This document shows positions 23,514-34,587 of a stretch of DNA of 64,000 bases, in pieces. How positions within the stretch are numbered: the first letter of the stretch is position 1; the number at the start of each line of letters is the position of its first letter. The position numbers were made by a program, and so were the translations under genes. Location of the stretch: positions 300,520-364,519 of the forward strand of contig JAQTST010000001.1 of assembly GCA_028711165.1 (NCBI GenBank), read 5' to 3'. Under the pieces are notes generated by a model. That model saw only the letters and a list, made by a program, of their open reading frames with translations, did not search any database and was not told where the DNA came from. The stretch is from Candidatus Nanoarchaeia archaeon (GTDB lineage: Archaea; Nanobdellota; Nanobdellia; Pacearchaeales; GW2011-AR1).

Positions 23514-26500
23514 ATGGTTTACAAGAGGTACATAAAAAAAGGGGGGAAAGTTTACGGTCCGTATTCTTATTCAAATCACAAGGAAAATGGAAAAGTTGTA
23601 ACAGAATATCTTGGCAAGGAGAGTAGTGTAAAAGAAAAAAAATTAAATTCCTCGTCGGTGATTTTTATTCCAATTCTCTTTCTATTAATTTTTGCTTTTA
23701 TGTTTTTTTATTTCAAGCCTACAATCTTTAGCTCTATCACGGGAAATGATATTCTCGACGGAAAAATAAGTTCCAGCTTCGAATTCGGTGACACTAAATA
23801 TGTAGAACTTCTTGTAAAAACTTCTGATAATGTTCCATCAAAAGCAGATAAAAAAGATTGGACTTCTGAGATGATTAAAACAGAACGGGCTTATTCCGGA
23901 AAACAAGGTTACATTGTAACTGCGAAACCAGAAGGCTGGCATTGGGGAGATTTGGAAAGAGATCCAAAAAGATATATGATTATAAAAATTCCAATATCTG
24001 AATTTAATGAATCCTGGTTTGAACCTGAGTATAATTATTCTGCTCCAATATACGCTCCTAATGATAAAGAAAAAATTATTGGATATGAAATTTTGACCGA
24101 GAGAAAATATAAAATTTCTGTTGAAGATGTTTTGACAAATCAGGAATTAAATGACCTGAAGAAAATTCCTTACAATGACAAAGAAGTAAGACCTGCAATT
24201 GAAAAGACAATAGAAGATATTTCTAATTTTATTATTTACAACGACTGGGAAAACCGTTCTGAAGATTTGAAACTTCACGGAAGCTCCGGAGTATTCAGCA
24301 TATGCGACGGAATAAATAATGCAACTCCCTGCAGTTATACTTCTCTTGCAGCATGGGAAACAGCAGAAGACGGAGATATCACTGCAACAGGGCCATGTAT
24401 TGCAAACATAACAGGGATATGGACTGTTAATGATACAACTCCATTAGCAATTGCTGGCTGGACAACTAATACAAGTTCTTATGTGAAAATTGTTACAGAA
24501 CCTCTTGCAAGACACGGGGGAAAATGGAATTGGACTGCATACAGACTTGTTACAGCAAATTCTGCAGGAATAACTTTCACAACAGTTAATAATGCATTTG
24601 TCGAGGGAATTCAAATTTATAACACTGGATATAATGGTGATAATCAGGGAGGAATTTTATTTAGAGACTCTACAGGATTCATGAATATCAGTGTTTCTCA
24701 TAATATAGTCAGAGGTACTCCAGGATCAGCCCAGCAATATAATGATGGGATACAGGCATACACAACTATCGCAGGTTCAAAAGTAAGCGTGTGGAATAAT
24801 ATAATTTATAATTATCAGGGAGGAACTGATGGTGGAAATTGTATAGCCAACTGGGATTCAACATCGACTTTTTATGCATATTCAAACACTGTTGTAAACT
24901 GCAGTAATGGTATTTCTAATAAAGGCGGGGCTATTCTTGCAAAAAATAATTTAGCAGAAGCCGGAACTTGTTACCTGGGAACATTTACTGCTGAATCAGA
25001 TTATAACGCATGTAATGGGACAGACACAACAGGAACAGGAACTCACAATCCGACAAGTATAAATTTTGTTTTTGCTGACAAAGCAAATGCCGATTTTCAT
25101 TTATCTGCAAGCGACACTGCAGTAATAAATAATGGAACTGATTTAAGTGCCGACGGCAATATTTCTTTTTCTGATGATATTGATTATGATTTGAGAACAG
25201 GAACATGGGATATTGGTGCTGATGAATATATTCCTATAAGAAGAATAAATCAAAATGGCAGTGTTGGTACGAATCCAGTTCATGAACTTTTGGTAAGTCT
25301 TTCTGGTTGTACTGCCGGAGATGTTATTATCGTCGGAGTTGGCCGCTGGGCAGAAACTATTGGTACCGCCCCTGCAACTGATCAATTTGTAGGAACTAAT
25401 ACGGGTTCTATTAGCTTAGCTGTCAATGATACTGGACAAAATAGTTATTCTGCACTGCTTTGGACTACTGTTGCTGCAGATGGTAATGTTATTATAAACT
25501 GGACTCTTCCCGGGACTGAAACCGCATATTTAGTTATCGGTATCGCAGAATATTCCGGAATGAATAACACTAATCCGGTTAACTCAACAAATCATACCAG
25601 CGGTGTAAGTACTAATGGTTTCACTGGAGAAGTTAATGTCGGAGAAGGGGAGTTATTAGTCGCTTTTATTGCAGGAGATTTATTTGCTCAAACAAGACCT
25701 GCTGGTTATGATTCAATTTATAATCAACCTTCTGCAAATAATAATTTACCTGCTGATATGTGTGACTATCTGCCTTCTGCTGGAGCCTATAATACTACAT
25801 GGACAAATGGTAATGATGACTGGACTGCTGTTGGAGCTGCATTTCAATCTATTGCTGAAATTGCTGCAGACAACCCTCCTGTTTCAATATTAAGTGCTCC
25901 ACCAAATAATAATATCAGTGATTTGGGAATTGTAACATTTCAATGTAATGCTACCGACGACTTTAATCTTGAGAATGTAACTCTCTACATCTGGAATTCT
26001 TCTAAAGGAATAATTCATACCAATTCTACTAATTGGAATGGAACAACTAATTCGACGACATTTACTTATAACTTTACATTTTACAATTCAACAGAATGGA
26101 ACTGTTTAGTTTATGATAATGCAAGCCAAGGTGCTTTTGCTTCAGCAAACAGGAGTTTGATTATTTCTTCTATTGATACTATTTATCCTGTCTTCTTTTC
26201 TTATTATGATAATAACGCCACATTAATTGATACTGGGACAGGATTATTTAACGTAAGCGTTAATAACACCAATGGAACTGTGTGGCTTGAAATTAATAAG
26301 GTTAATACTACTGCTTATAATGTAACTGCTAATGTTTACAATACCACCTACACATTTGCAACCGGAGGAAATTATGATTACAGATGGCACGCTTACGGAA
26401 ATGGAACAAATAATAATTATAATAGCAGTGAATGGAAAAGTTATACTGTTAATACAACTGTGCTCTCAGATACAACTCCACCAAATATTAATTTCTCTGC

Positions 26501-29500
26501 TCCAACTCCAGCGAATGCAAGCACCCAATCTGCTAATGCAATTTTTGTAAATGTCTCTGTGACTGACACAAGCAATGTTTCTGCATTTATTGATTTCAAC
26601 AGAAGTTTAGTTGCTTGGTATGGTTTTGATTCTTACAATGCGACAGGAATCTTTGATAATTCAAGCTACGAAAATTTTGGAGTAGTTACTGGTGCTACTT
26701 ATACCTCTTCTGGAGCGAGGGGGGGAGCGTTTAGTTTTAATGGAGTTGACGGTCAGAATTCTATACTTACTTCTAATAATATTAATCTTACATCTAATTT
26801 TACAATTTCTGTATGGGCAAAGAGATATGCTGGAAATATATTGTATCAAACTGCAGGATCGGGAATACTTTGGACTTATAATGGGGGAGCCTTTTATGAT
26901 GATGTTTCTAACTGGCAGTCTGGGACAGCTTTAGCTTCTGGTGTTTGGTATCATCTTGTCTTGGTAGGAAATGGAACAAATATTAAAATGTATCAAAATG
27001 GTGTTCTTGATGCAACTATAATACAAAATAATATCGGATATAATAGTCAACCAATTTATATTGGTTCACATCCCTGGTCAAATACTTTTAATGGTTCTCT
27101 TGATGAATTAATGATTTTCAACAGAATATTCTCTCTTGAGGAAATCAATGCAAGTTATAATGCAGGAGTTTACAAATTATACCGCAACTTTACTGATTTG
27201 TCGAATGCAACTTACAATTTTACTGCTTACGCCATTGACCTTGCGGGAAATATAAATAAAACAGGACAAAGAGAAGTTACAATAAATACCAGTTATAGTG
27301 CTCCTACAGGAGATACAACTCCCCCAATAATTAATTTCTCTGCTCCAACTCCAGCGAATGCAAGCACTCAATCAGCAAATGCAATTTATGTGAATGTCTC
27401 TGTGAGTGACGCAAATAACGTTTCTGCATTTATTGATTTCAACAGGAGTCTTGCTGAATGGTATAATCTGAATGACAGAAATTCAACAGCTGTTTTTGAT
27501 AATTCCAGTTATGAAAAGTTTGGAATAATTAGCGGGGCAGTTTATACTTCTTCAGGAGCAAGAGGAGGAGCTTTTACATTCGACGGAGTTGATGATTATA
27601 TCAATGTTCAGAATGGGAGTTATTATTATGATGTCTGTAAGAATGGTTGTACTGTCAGTGCCTGGGTTAACGCAGAACCTACTTCTGAAAATGATGAAAT
27701 GTATGTTTTTAGCAGGTATTATTGGGACAATGCTGTCATGACTCTTTCTTATGACAAATTTAAACAGATTTCTTTTGGAATCGATGATGATTTAACAATC
27801 GGTGGGGCTTGTACTGCATCGTCGGGAGTTCTTCTCACTTTTAATGCCTGGCAACATCTTGTAGGAATTTATAATGGTTCAGATACTTTAATTTATCTAA
27901 ATGGATTACTTCTTGATACCACTTCCTGTGGATTTAGTTCTCTTAACGAAGCAGCATGGCGTGCAACAGGAAAGTTCAACATTGGGAATAATGGGGATGG
28001 GGGTAATACTGTGAATGGAACAATAGATGAAGTAATGATTTTCAACAGAGTTTTATCCTCGGAAGAAATTAATGCCTCTTATAACGCAGGAGTTTACAAA
28101 TTATACCGCAACTTTACTGATTTAAGCAACGGAAATCATACTTTCCGAGCCTGGGCAATCGATGCTTCAGGAAATATAAATAAAACTGATTTAAGATTAG
28201 TTAATATAACGACGTTAGAAGCTCCTGCAGGAGATACAACTCCGCCAGATATTAATTTCACGTATCCAACTCCGGCGAATGCAAGCACTCAATCAGCGAA
28301 TGCAATTTATGTGAATGTTTCTGTAAGCGATGCGAACAATGTTTCTGCATTTATTGATTTCAACAGAACTCTACGATTATGGTTTAATTTTGAATCATGG
28401 GATGGCGGTGCTACTGTTGTTGATAATTCAACTTATGGAGAAGATGGAACAGTTACCGGCGGAACAATTGATGGCAATGGAATAAGGGGACATGCAATTA
28501 ATTTTTCAGGAGGAGATTCTGACGGAATTGATGTTACTTCAATAGATGTTAATCCTTACAGAAATTTTACTGTTTCTTTTTGGGTTAAGAAAGTGTATGA
28601 TAGTGCTGCTTCTAATTTAGAATTAATAGACAAGAGAGATAATCCTAGAACATTTCATCTTTATGCTTCTACCGGAGATGCAGTAGTTTTTCAAGTGTAT
28701 AATACCAGTGAAGAGATTCAAGGAGATATTGGAACAGGAGATAATAGTCTTCAGGATAAAAATTGGCATCATGTTGTTGCCGGCTATAATGGTACTACTT
28801 TTATTTATCTTGATGGTGTTTTTAAACAGGCAGGGGTTATCACCGGAGAAATAAATACTGGTTCGGGGAATATGCAGATAGGTAAAAATTTCATTAATGG
28901 AGCTGAATTTAATGGTTCTATCGACGAGGTAATGATTTTCTCCAGAGCATTAACCTCCGAAGAAATTAGTGCAACTTACAATGCGGGAGTTTACAATTTA
29001 TACCGCAACTTTACTGATTTGATAAACGGAAATTATACTTACCGAGCCTGGGCAATCGACGCTTCAGGAAATATAAATAAGACAGAACCAAGAACAGTAA
29101 ATGTTAGCGTTGCAGGAGATACAACTCCGCCGACGATTTCAGTGATTTATCCTAATGACGGAACTAACTCATCAAACAAATTGATTAATGTTAATTATAC
29201 TGCAAAGGATGAAACTGCAATAAGTGCGTGCTGGTATTCAAATGATACTTTCACTTACAATTATTCTCTTGCAGACTGCGGGACAAACATAACAGGAGTT
29301 ACCTGGGCAGAGGGAATTCATAATGTGACAATTTGGGTAAATGATACTGCGGGGAATAATAATTCTGCTTCTGTCAGATTCACAATTGATTCAATAGCTC
29401 CTTCAATTTCAATTCTTTATCCAGCTAACAATTCAAATCATTCAAACAATCTTATCGACGTTAATTACACCTTTTCAGATTTGAATGCTCAATCCTGCTG

Positions 29501-32500
29501 GTACTCAAATGATACTTTTACTTACAACTATACATTAACTGACTGCGGAACAAATATCACCGACGTAACTTGGGCAGAAGGTATTCACAATGTAACTGTC
29601 TGGGGAAATGATTCTTTTAACAATGTAAATTTTTCAAATGTAATTTTTACAATTGATACAATCAAACCAGGCATCTCAATCCTAACACCAACCAGCGGAA
29701 CTAACTCATCAAATAATTTGCTAGATGTAAATTACACAACTTCTGATATTAACATTCAATCATGCTGGTATTCAAATGATACTTTTACTTACAACTACAC
29801 ATTAACCAATTGTGGAACTAATATCACTGATGTAATCTGGAGCGAGGGGATACACAACGTTACCGTCTGGGGAAATGACTCTTTTAATAATGAAAATTTC
29901 TCAAATGTAATCTTCACCATTGATTCAATAAAACCAGGCATTTCAATCCTAACACCAACCACTGGAACAAATTCATCAAATAATTTGCTAGATGTAAACT
30001 ACTCAGCATCGGATATTAACATTCAATCCTGCTGGTATTCTAACGACACTTTCACTTACAATTATACATTAACTGACTGCGGAACAAATATTACAGATGT
30101 AACTTGGGCAGATGGAATTCACAACGTTACAGTCTGGGGAAATGATTCTTTTAACAATGTAAATTTTTCAAATGTAATTTTCACAATTGATGCAACTGCC
30201 CCAAATTTAACTTTTTTTAGCCAACTACCCCCAGATATTTCGACTTCAAACTTATTCGGTGAAATGTTAGAAATTAATTATACTATAAATGATGTTACAA
30301 GTTCTTTAAACACCTCGACGATAAAATTGTATTATAAGTCAAATTCTACAACCAGCGACGTAAATTATTATCAGAATGGAACTGCTTATTCTGGCTTTTT
30401 TTCGAAAGATTACGATTCTAATTATTCAGAATATTTTAAATTTTCAGCTGATGATAATAAAATTTACATTGGAACTTACAACCTTGATGAATCATATATA
30501 GAGACTGCTCCGAAAACAGCTTATGACCTTGACCTTGTTGCGGAATATGTCAAGATTCAATTAATCAATGTTACTAATCAATACCCCTATAATATTTTTG
30601 AAATTTATGCACAAAATCAGACAGCGACTTCAAACACCTTAAGAATTTATTATTGTAATTCTTCTTATACTACTGGCAATCCTGTCGGGAATGCCGGATG
30701 TACTGATTTTTATAACCTTGGGGCAGCTTCTCCATTCAATCACACTCACAGCGAGAACTCAAAACATCATGCAATTCCTTTAGCTATTAATGTAACCAGC
30801 GGAATGGTTGGGAATGTTTATGTTACAAATACTTCTTATTTCTTATTGAGGGGAAGGACAGGAGTTAATGCGTGGAATGTTTATTATACGACGACTCCTT
30901 CAAGAGCTGCAGCAATGCAGACTTCAACAAATAATGGTGTAGCATGGACTGAAGTTTCAGGAACTGTCGACGCTCATTTACATCAATATAATGGAACAGC
31001 ATCTTTCTGGTACTATGTTTGTGCAAATGATACTTTAGGAAATCAAAATTGCTCTTCTGTGAGACAGGATTTATTTAACTTGTCCGGATTGCCTCCTTCT
31101 GCTCCAAATATTTACAGCCCGTCACAGGCGACATACGCTGGAACAATCAATATAAATTATACTGCTTCATTATCTCTTAACAGTTATCCTATTGTAATTT
31201 ATAACATTTCTTTAGCAAATGTATCAGATGAAAGTTTTATTTCTGCAATAAAAACAAATAATTCGGCTAACCTGAGTTATGCCTGGGACAGCACAGGAAT
31301 CGTCGAGGGGCAGTACATAATAAGAGTTGAAGCATGTGATAATCAGAATCAATGTTCTTTTGGTTATTCTGAAAATTTTTCAATTGATAATGCAAAACCA
31401 GGCATTTCAATACTCTCTCCTGTTGAAGGAACTAATACTACAAATAACCAGATAGACATTAATTACACAGCGTCGGATATCAACCTTCAATCCTGCTGGT
31501 ATTCTAACGACACTTTCACTTACAATTATTCTCTTGCAAATTGTGGAACAAATATCACTGACGTAACTTGGGCAGAAGGAATTCACAATGTAACTGTCTG
31601 GGCAAATGATACTGTAAATAATCAAAACTGGACTTCTGTTAGATTTACAATTGATTCAATAAAACCAGGCATTTCAATCTTAACACCAACCACTGGAACA
31701 AACTCATCAAATAATTTGTTAGATGTAAATTACACCTTTTCAGATTTGAATGCTCAATCCTGCTGGTACTCAAATGACACCTTTACTTACAACTATACAT
31801 TAACTGACTGCGGAACTAATATCACCGACGTAACTTGGAGTGATGGAATTCACAATGTAACTGTCTGGGGAAATGATTCTTTCAATAATGAAAATTTTTC
31901 AAATGTAATCTTCACCATTGATACAATACCGCCTTATTTTACAAATCTTGCAACTCAAGAGATATATTCTACACAAAAATTAGAATATGATATAAATGCT
32001 AAAGATGATGGCATTGGATTGCAATCTTTTGCACTTTATAATTGGACTGCTAATTTTAGCATAGTTGCAACTACTGGAGTTTTGACAAATGCTTCTCCTT
32101 TGGCTAGCGGGAATTATTATCTTAATCTTTCTGTAAATGATACTTTGGGGAATACAAATTATTCTATATTGCTGATTAATGTAACTTCAGATACAATTCC
32201 GCCAAATGTAGAAATTATCTCTCCGACAGCGACGACATATACTACTTCAGCTATCTCTTTTGAATCAAGGACGAATGAAAATTCTTCCTGTAATTACAGT
32301 TTAGATGCTGGTATAACTAATTTAAGTTTGACGCCAAATTCAACACAGACAGGACATACCTCGTCGGCAACACTTTCAAATGCTGATTATGTTTCTTATT
32401 TTTACTGTTCAGATTCTGCAGGAAATCAAAATAATTCTGAGAATATCAATTTCACTGTAAACGTTGCTGCAGTAGTTCCTCCTGTTGTTGAGGAAAAAGG

Positions 32501-33290
32501 GGGAGGGGGCGGCGGAGCAATAACAAAAGCACCTGCTGCTCAATTTACCGTCAATGTAGAAAGCATTGAGAGGACTCTTATAATAAATGATATGGAATTC
32601 GGGCAGGTATGGGTTAATAATAATGGAAATTCCCGTCAGACTTTTAATATAAAAGTTGAAGTATTGAATTCATCCATTATACCTGAAGAGTATTCTATAA
32701 GCATTGCTCCGAAGAGCTCGGACAAATTTGATTTCAAAATAAATTCTCCAAGCGTCGCAGGAATCTATACTGGAAAAATAATTATCTCCAGCGGATATCA
32801 GCAGAAAGAGGTTCTTGTTACTCTGAACATCAAAACAGAAAAAAGTCTTTATGATGTAACAATCACAATTCCAAAATCAATGAAAACTATTGAACCTTCT
32901 GAAACTTTATCGTCGCAGATAGACCTTCTTCAGATGGGGAGAAAAGAAAAGATGGATGTTACTGTAACTTACATTATCAAAGATTTTAACGGGAAAATTT
33001 ATCTTTCTGAAACAGAAACTATCGCAGTTGAAAATCAGAAAACTCTTGAAAAAGATTTTAATACAGAAGAATTCCCCGAAGGAGATTATGTCTTGGGAGT
33101 TGAATTAATTTATCCCGACGGAATTGCTGTTGCAAGTTCTCATTTTAAAGTCATGGGAAAAATTCCTTCCCCAATTGACTTTCCGACGATTATCGTTGCC
33201 TGTCTGACTGCCTTAATTTTAGCAGGAATTTATTTTGTGATAAGAAGATATAAGAAAACAATTAAACTCGCGAGGAAAAGGAAGAAATAA
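23514..33290 (+). CDS. Giant (3258 aa) membrane-anchored surface protein: N-terminal TM, beta-helix-like region, 3 LamG modules, 6 near-identical ~89-aa Ig-like repeats, C-terminal two-domain module plus TM anchor
   Basis: One uninterrupted ORF with an SD (GAGAGG) upstream. N-terminal TM VIFIPILFLLIFAFMFFYF and C-terminal TM IIVACLTALILAGIYFVI followed by a basic tail. N-x-S/T sequons are very dense (8 per 89-aa repeat, by my count). Confidence 0.85.
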   Translation: MVYKRYIKKGGKVYGPYSYSNHKENGKVVTEYLGKESSVKEKKLNSSSVIFIPILFLLIFAFMFFYFKPTIFSSITGNDILDGKISSSFEFGDTKYVELLVKTSDNVPSKADKKDWTSEMIKTERAYSGKQGYIVTAKPEGWHWGDLERDPKRYMIIKIPISEFNESWFEPEYNYSAPIYAPNDKEKIIGYEILTERKYKISVEDVLTNQELNDLKKIPYNDKEVRPAIEKTIEDISNFIIYNDWENRSEDLKLHGSSGVFSICDGINNATPCSYTSLAAWETAEDGDITATGPCIANITGIWTVNDTTPLAIAGWTTNTSSYVKIVTEPLARHGGKWNWTAYRLVTANSAGITFTTVNNAFVEGIQIYNTGYNGDNQGGILFRDSTGFMNISVSHNIVRGTPGSAQQYNDGIQAYTTIAGSKVSVWNNIIYNYQGGTDGGNCIANWDSTSTFYAYSNTVVNCSNGISNKGGAILAKNNLAEAGTCYLGTFTAESDYNACNGTDTTGTGTHNPTSINFVFADKANADFHLSASDTAVINNGTDLSADGNISFSDDIDYDLRTGTWDIGADEYIPIRRINQNGSVGTNPVHELLVSLSGCTAGDVIIVGVGRWAETIGTAPATDQFVGTNTGSISLAVNDTGQNSYSALLWTTVAADGNVIINWTLPGTETAYLVIGIAEYSGMNNTNPVNSTNHTSGVSTNGFTGEVNVGEGELLVAFIAGDLFAQTRPAGYDSIYNQPSANNNLPADMCDYLPSAGAYNTTWTNGNDDWTAVGAAFQSIAEIAADNPPVSILSAPPNNNISDLGIVTFQCNATDDFNLENVTLYIWNSSKGIIHTNSTNWNGTTNSTTFTYNFTFYNSTEWNCLVYDNASQGAFASANRSLIISSIDTIYPVFFSYYDNNATLIDTGTGLFNVSVNNTNGTVWLEINKVNTTAYNVTANVYNTTYTFATGGNYDYRWHAYGNGTNNNYNSSEWKSYTVNTTVLSDTTPPNINFSAPTPANASTQSANAIFVNVSVTDTSNVSAFIDFNRSLVAWYGFDSYNATGIFDNSSYENFGVVTGATYTSSGARGGAFSFNGVDGQNSILTSNNINLTSNFTISVWAKRYAGNILYQTAGSGILWTYNGGAFYDDVSNWQSGTALASGVWYHLVLVGNGTNIKMYQNGVLDATIIQNNIGYNSQPIYIGSHPWSNTFNGSLDELMIFNRIFSLEEINASYNAGVYKLYRNFTDLSNATYNFTAYAIDLAGNINKTGQREVTINTSYSAPTGDTTPPIINFSAPTPANASTQSANAIYVNVSVSDANNVSAFIDFNRSLAEWYNLNDRNSTAVFDNSSYEKFGIISGAVYTSSGARGGAFTFDGVDDYINVQNGSYYYDVCKNGCTVSAWVNAEPTSENDEMYVFSRYYWDNAVMTLSYDKFKQISFGIDDDLTIGGACTASSGVLLTFNAWQHLVGIYNGSDTLIYLNGLLLDTTSCGFSSLNEAAWRATGKFNIGNNGDGGNTVNGTIDEVMIFNRVLSSEEINASYNAGVYKLYRNFTDLSNGNHTFRAWAIDASGNINKTDLRLVNITTLEAPAGDTTPPDINFTYPTPANASTQSANAIYVNVSVSDANNVSAFIDFNRTLRLWFNFESWDGGATVVDNSTYGEDGTVTGGTIDGNGIRGHAINFSGGDSDGIDVTSIDVNPYRNFTVSFWVKKVYDSAASNLELIDKRDNPRTFHLYASTGDAVVFQVYNTSEEIQGDIGTGDNSLQDKNWHHVVAGYNGTTFIYLDGVFKQAGVITGEINTGSGNMQIGKNFINGAEFNGSIDEVMIFSRALTSEEISATYNAGVYNLYRNFTDLINGNYTYRAWAIDASGNINKTEPRTVNVSVAGDTTPPTISVIYPNDGTNSSNKLINVNYTAKDETAISACWYSNDTFTYNYSLADCGTNITGVTWAEGIHNVTIWVNDTAGNNNSASVRFTIDSIAPSISILYPANNSNHSNNLIDVNYTFSDLNAQSCWYSNDTFTYNYTLTDCGTNITDVTWAEGIHNVTVWGNDSFNNVNFSNVIFTIDTIKPGISILTPTSGTNSSNNLLDVNYTTSDINIQSCWYSNDTFTYNYTLTNCGTNITDVIWSEGIHNVTVWGNDSFNNENFSNVIFTIDSIKPGISILTPTTGTNSSNNLLDVNYSASDINIQSCWYSNDTFTYNYTLTDCGTNITDVTWADGIHNVTVWGNDSFNNVNFSNVIFTIDATAPNLTFFSQLPPDISTSNLFGEMLEINYTINDVTSSLNTSTIKLYYKSNSTTSDVNYYQNGTAYSGFFSKDYDSNYSEYFKFSADDNKIYIGTYNLDESYIETAPKTAYDLDLVAEYVKIQLINVTNQYPYNIFEIYAQNQTATSNTLRIYYCNSSYTTGNPVGNAGCTDFYNLGAASPFNHTHSENSKHHAIPLAINVTSGMVGNVYVTNTSYFLLRGRTGVNAWNVYYTTTPSRAAAMQTSTNNGVAWTEVSGTVDAHLHQYNGTASFWYYVCANDTLGNQNCSSVRQDLFNLSGLPPSAPNIYSPSQATYAGTININYTASLSLNSYPIVIYNISLANVSDESFISAIKTNNSANLSYAWDSTGIVEGQYIIRVEACDNQNQCSFGYSENFSIDNAKPGISILSPVEGTNTTNNQIDINYTASDINLQSCWYSNDTFTYNYSLANCGTNITDVTWAEGIHNVTVWANDTVNNQNWTSVRFTIDSIKPGISILTPTTGTNSSNNLLDVNYTFSDLNAQSCWYSNDTFTYNYTLTDCGTNITDVTWSDGIHNVTVWGNDSFNNENFSNVIFTIDTIPPYFTNLATQEIYSTQKLEYDINAKDDGIGLQSFALYNWTANFSIVATTGVLTNASPLASGNYYLNLSVNDTLGNTNYSILLINVTSDTIPPNVEIISPTATTYTTSAISFESRTNENSSCNYSLDAGITNLSLTPNSTQTGHTSSATLSNADYVSYFYCSDSAGNQNNSENINFTVNVAAVVPPVVEEKGGGGGGAITKAPAAQFTVNVESIERTLIINDMEFGQVWVNNNGNSRQTFNIKVEVLNSSIIPEEYSISIAPKSSDKFDFKINSPSVAGIYTGKIIISSGYQQKEVLVTLNIKTEKSLYDVTITIPKSMKTIEPSETLSSQIDLLQMGRKEKMDVTVTYIIKDFNGKIYLSETETIAVENQKTLEKDFNTEEFPEGDYVLGVELIYPDGIAVASSHFKVMGKIPSPIDFPTIIVACLTALILAGIYFVIRRYKKTIKLARKRKK
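26469..29117 (+). repeat. Three tandem ~281-307-aa modules (DTTPPxINF..PTPANASTQSANAI.VNVSV..., then a LamG domain, then YRNFTDL...AIDxxGNINKT)
   Basis: In-frame module starts at 26469, 27312 and 28233; the next DTTPP is at 29118. Long identical DNA stretches occur at the module boundaries. Confidence 0.85.
29136..30206 (+). repeat. Four tandem 267-270-nt coding repeats (ISIL.P..GTNSSNNLLDVNYT.SD.N.QSCWYSNDTFTYNYTLTDCGTNITDVTW..GIHNVTVWGNDSFNN.NFSNVIFTID)
   Basis: Unit starts at 29136, 29406, 29673 and 29940, all in frame. Confidence 0.9.
31404..31937 (+). repeat. Two further copies of the same 267-nt coding repeat
   Basis: Unit starts at 31404 and 31671. Unit 6 is nearly identical at DNA level to unit 2 (29406..29672). 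Confidence 0.9.
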
Positions 33291-33314
33291 AAACCTTTTT
33301 TCACTAATATAAAA

Positions 33315-34496
33315 ATGCAAAAGAAGAGGTGGTTGATAATTTGCGCAGTTATAGTTCTGCTTTCAGCAGCCGGCTTTTTTGTATACTCGCAATTTTTGAC
33401 AGAAAAAGATTTTACGAAAACCAGTCTTATAAAAGTAAACATTCCCACCGACGGAGAATATGAGATAAGCGTAAAAATTACAAACCCCGAGCAGACTGAG
33501 CAGTTAATAAATTTTTCAATTAACAATTTTAATAATATTGCAACTTTCTCTGATTCTGAATTCTATTTACAGCCAGGAGAAAGCCAGAATCTAATTATTT
33601 CTTTCAAAGATAACATTCACACCCCAGAAGTTTATGTCGGGAAACTGATTATCCGGGACTCTGTTTCAAAAGAAGAAATACCTGTTATCCTCGGTGTTGA
33701 AGATTCAAATTCTGCATTTGCAATTATTCCTTCTGTCCTCCCCAAATATGATTCTGTTTATCCCGGTGATAAATTTGGAATTGATTTAAAGGTTTTTGAT
33801 TTGAAAAACTCAAATGTTCCGACGGTAAAAGCAAATTATGAAATAAAAAATTTAGACGGCGAAACAATTTTAAACGGAGAAACTGAAATTGCCGTCGATG
33901 ATGGCGGTAAAACTGAGATTATAAACATTCCAAAAGACTGGGGGACAGGAGATTATGTCTTCGTTATAACTATAAATTATAAAGATACGATAAGTTTTTC
34001 GAGTTATCTTTTTTCTATTTCCAGTTTATACAAGAAAAATTTTCTTTCTGAAATGAATTTTATTTTAATGCTTGTTATTTTATTCGTTGTAATTATCATC
34101 GGGCTTGTAATATATTTTATCACTGCAAGAGATTCTCTTTTTATCCGACTCCGACGACAACAATCTCAGGAGATAAGAAGAAATCTCAAATGCATTGCTT
34201 ATTCAAGAAGAGCTATCAGAAAATCCAGAGAGAAACCTGCAAAGAAAAAAGAGAAAATCAGAAGATTAAACAGAGTAAAGAAAAAAATTATCAGGAGAAT
34301 AAGAGAAAAACAAAGAAGACAGAAAAGAGAAATTTCCCGACTTAGAAAAATAAAAGCAAAACGAAATACTTTAGACAGGAAACTCCAAGGCTGGAAAAAA
34401 CAGGGATATAAAATGTACGAAGCTAAAGAGGAATTACACGGCACAAACATCCAGAAACAGCTTGGAGACTGGAAAAAACAAGGTTACAAGATTTAA
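33315..34496 (+). CDS. Membrane protein paralogous to the C-terminal module of the giant protein, with a long Lys/Arg-rich cytoplasmic tail
   Basis: N-terminal TM/signal, two beta-sandwich-like domains collinear with giant-protein residues ~2990-3200 (e.g. GDYVFVITINY vs GDYVLGVELIY), TM FILMLVILFVVIIIGLVIYFI, and a basic tail with two WKKQGYK motifs. Confidence 0.65.
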   Translation: MQKKRWLIICAVIVLLSAAGFFVYSQFLTEKDFTKTSLIKVNIPTDGEYEISVKITNPEQTEQLINFSINNFNNIATFSDSEFYLQPGESQNLIISFKDNIHTPEVYVGKLIIRDSVSKEEIPVILGVEDSNSAFAIIPSVLPKYDSVYPGDKFGIDLKVFDLKNSNVPTVKANYEIKNLDGETILNGETEIAVDDGGKTEIINIPKDWGTGDYVFVITINYKDTISFSSYLFSISSLYKKNFLSEMNFILMLVILFVVIIIGLVIYFITARDSLFIRLRRQQSQEIRRNLKCIAYSRRAIRKSREKPAKKKEKIRRLNRVKKKIIRRIREKQRRQKREISRLRKIKAKRNTLDRKLQGWKKQGYKMYEAKEELHGTNIQKQLGDWKKQGYKI

Positions 34497-34538
34497 TGAA
34501 AATATTTAAAAGTATATATTCTTATATATATTATAGAA

Positions 34539-34587
34539 ATGACTGAAACAAGTTCAGTACAAATAAAAAGAGGACTTTTATATAATG
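34539..34587 (+). repeat. Leader repeat copy D (diverged): ATGACTGAAACAAGTTCAGTACAAATAAAAAGAGGACTTTTATATAATG
   Basis: Aligns with copy A (ATGACAGAAC-TTCGTTCAGCACAAATAAAAATTCAAGGAGAATTTTCATAATG). It ends in the SD (GAGG) and ATG of the Lys/Arg-rich protein gene. Confidence 0.55.

Noticed and set aside
32497-32515. G-rich run GGGGGAGGGGGCGGCGGA as a regulatory or G-quadruplex element
   Set aside because: It lies in frame inside the giant ORF and encodes a Gly6 interdomain linker, which explains it sufficiently.
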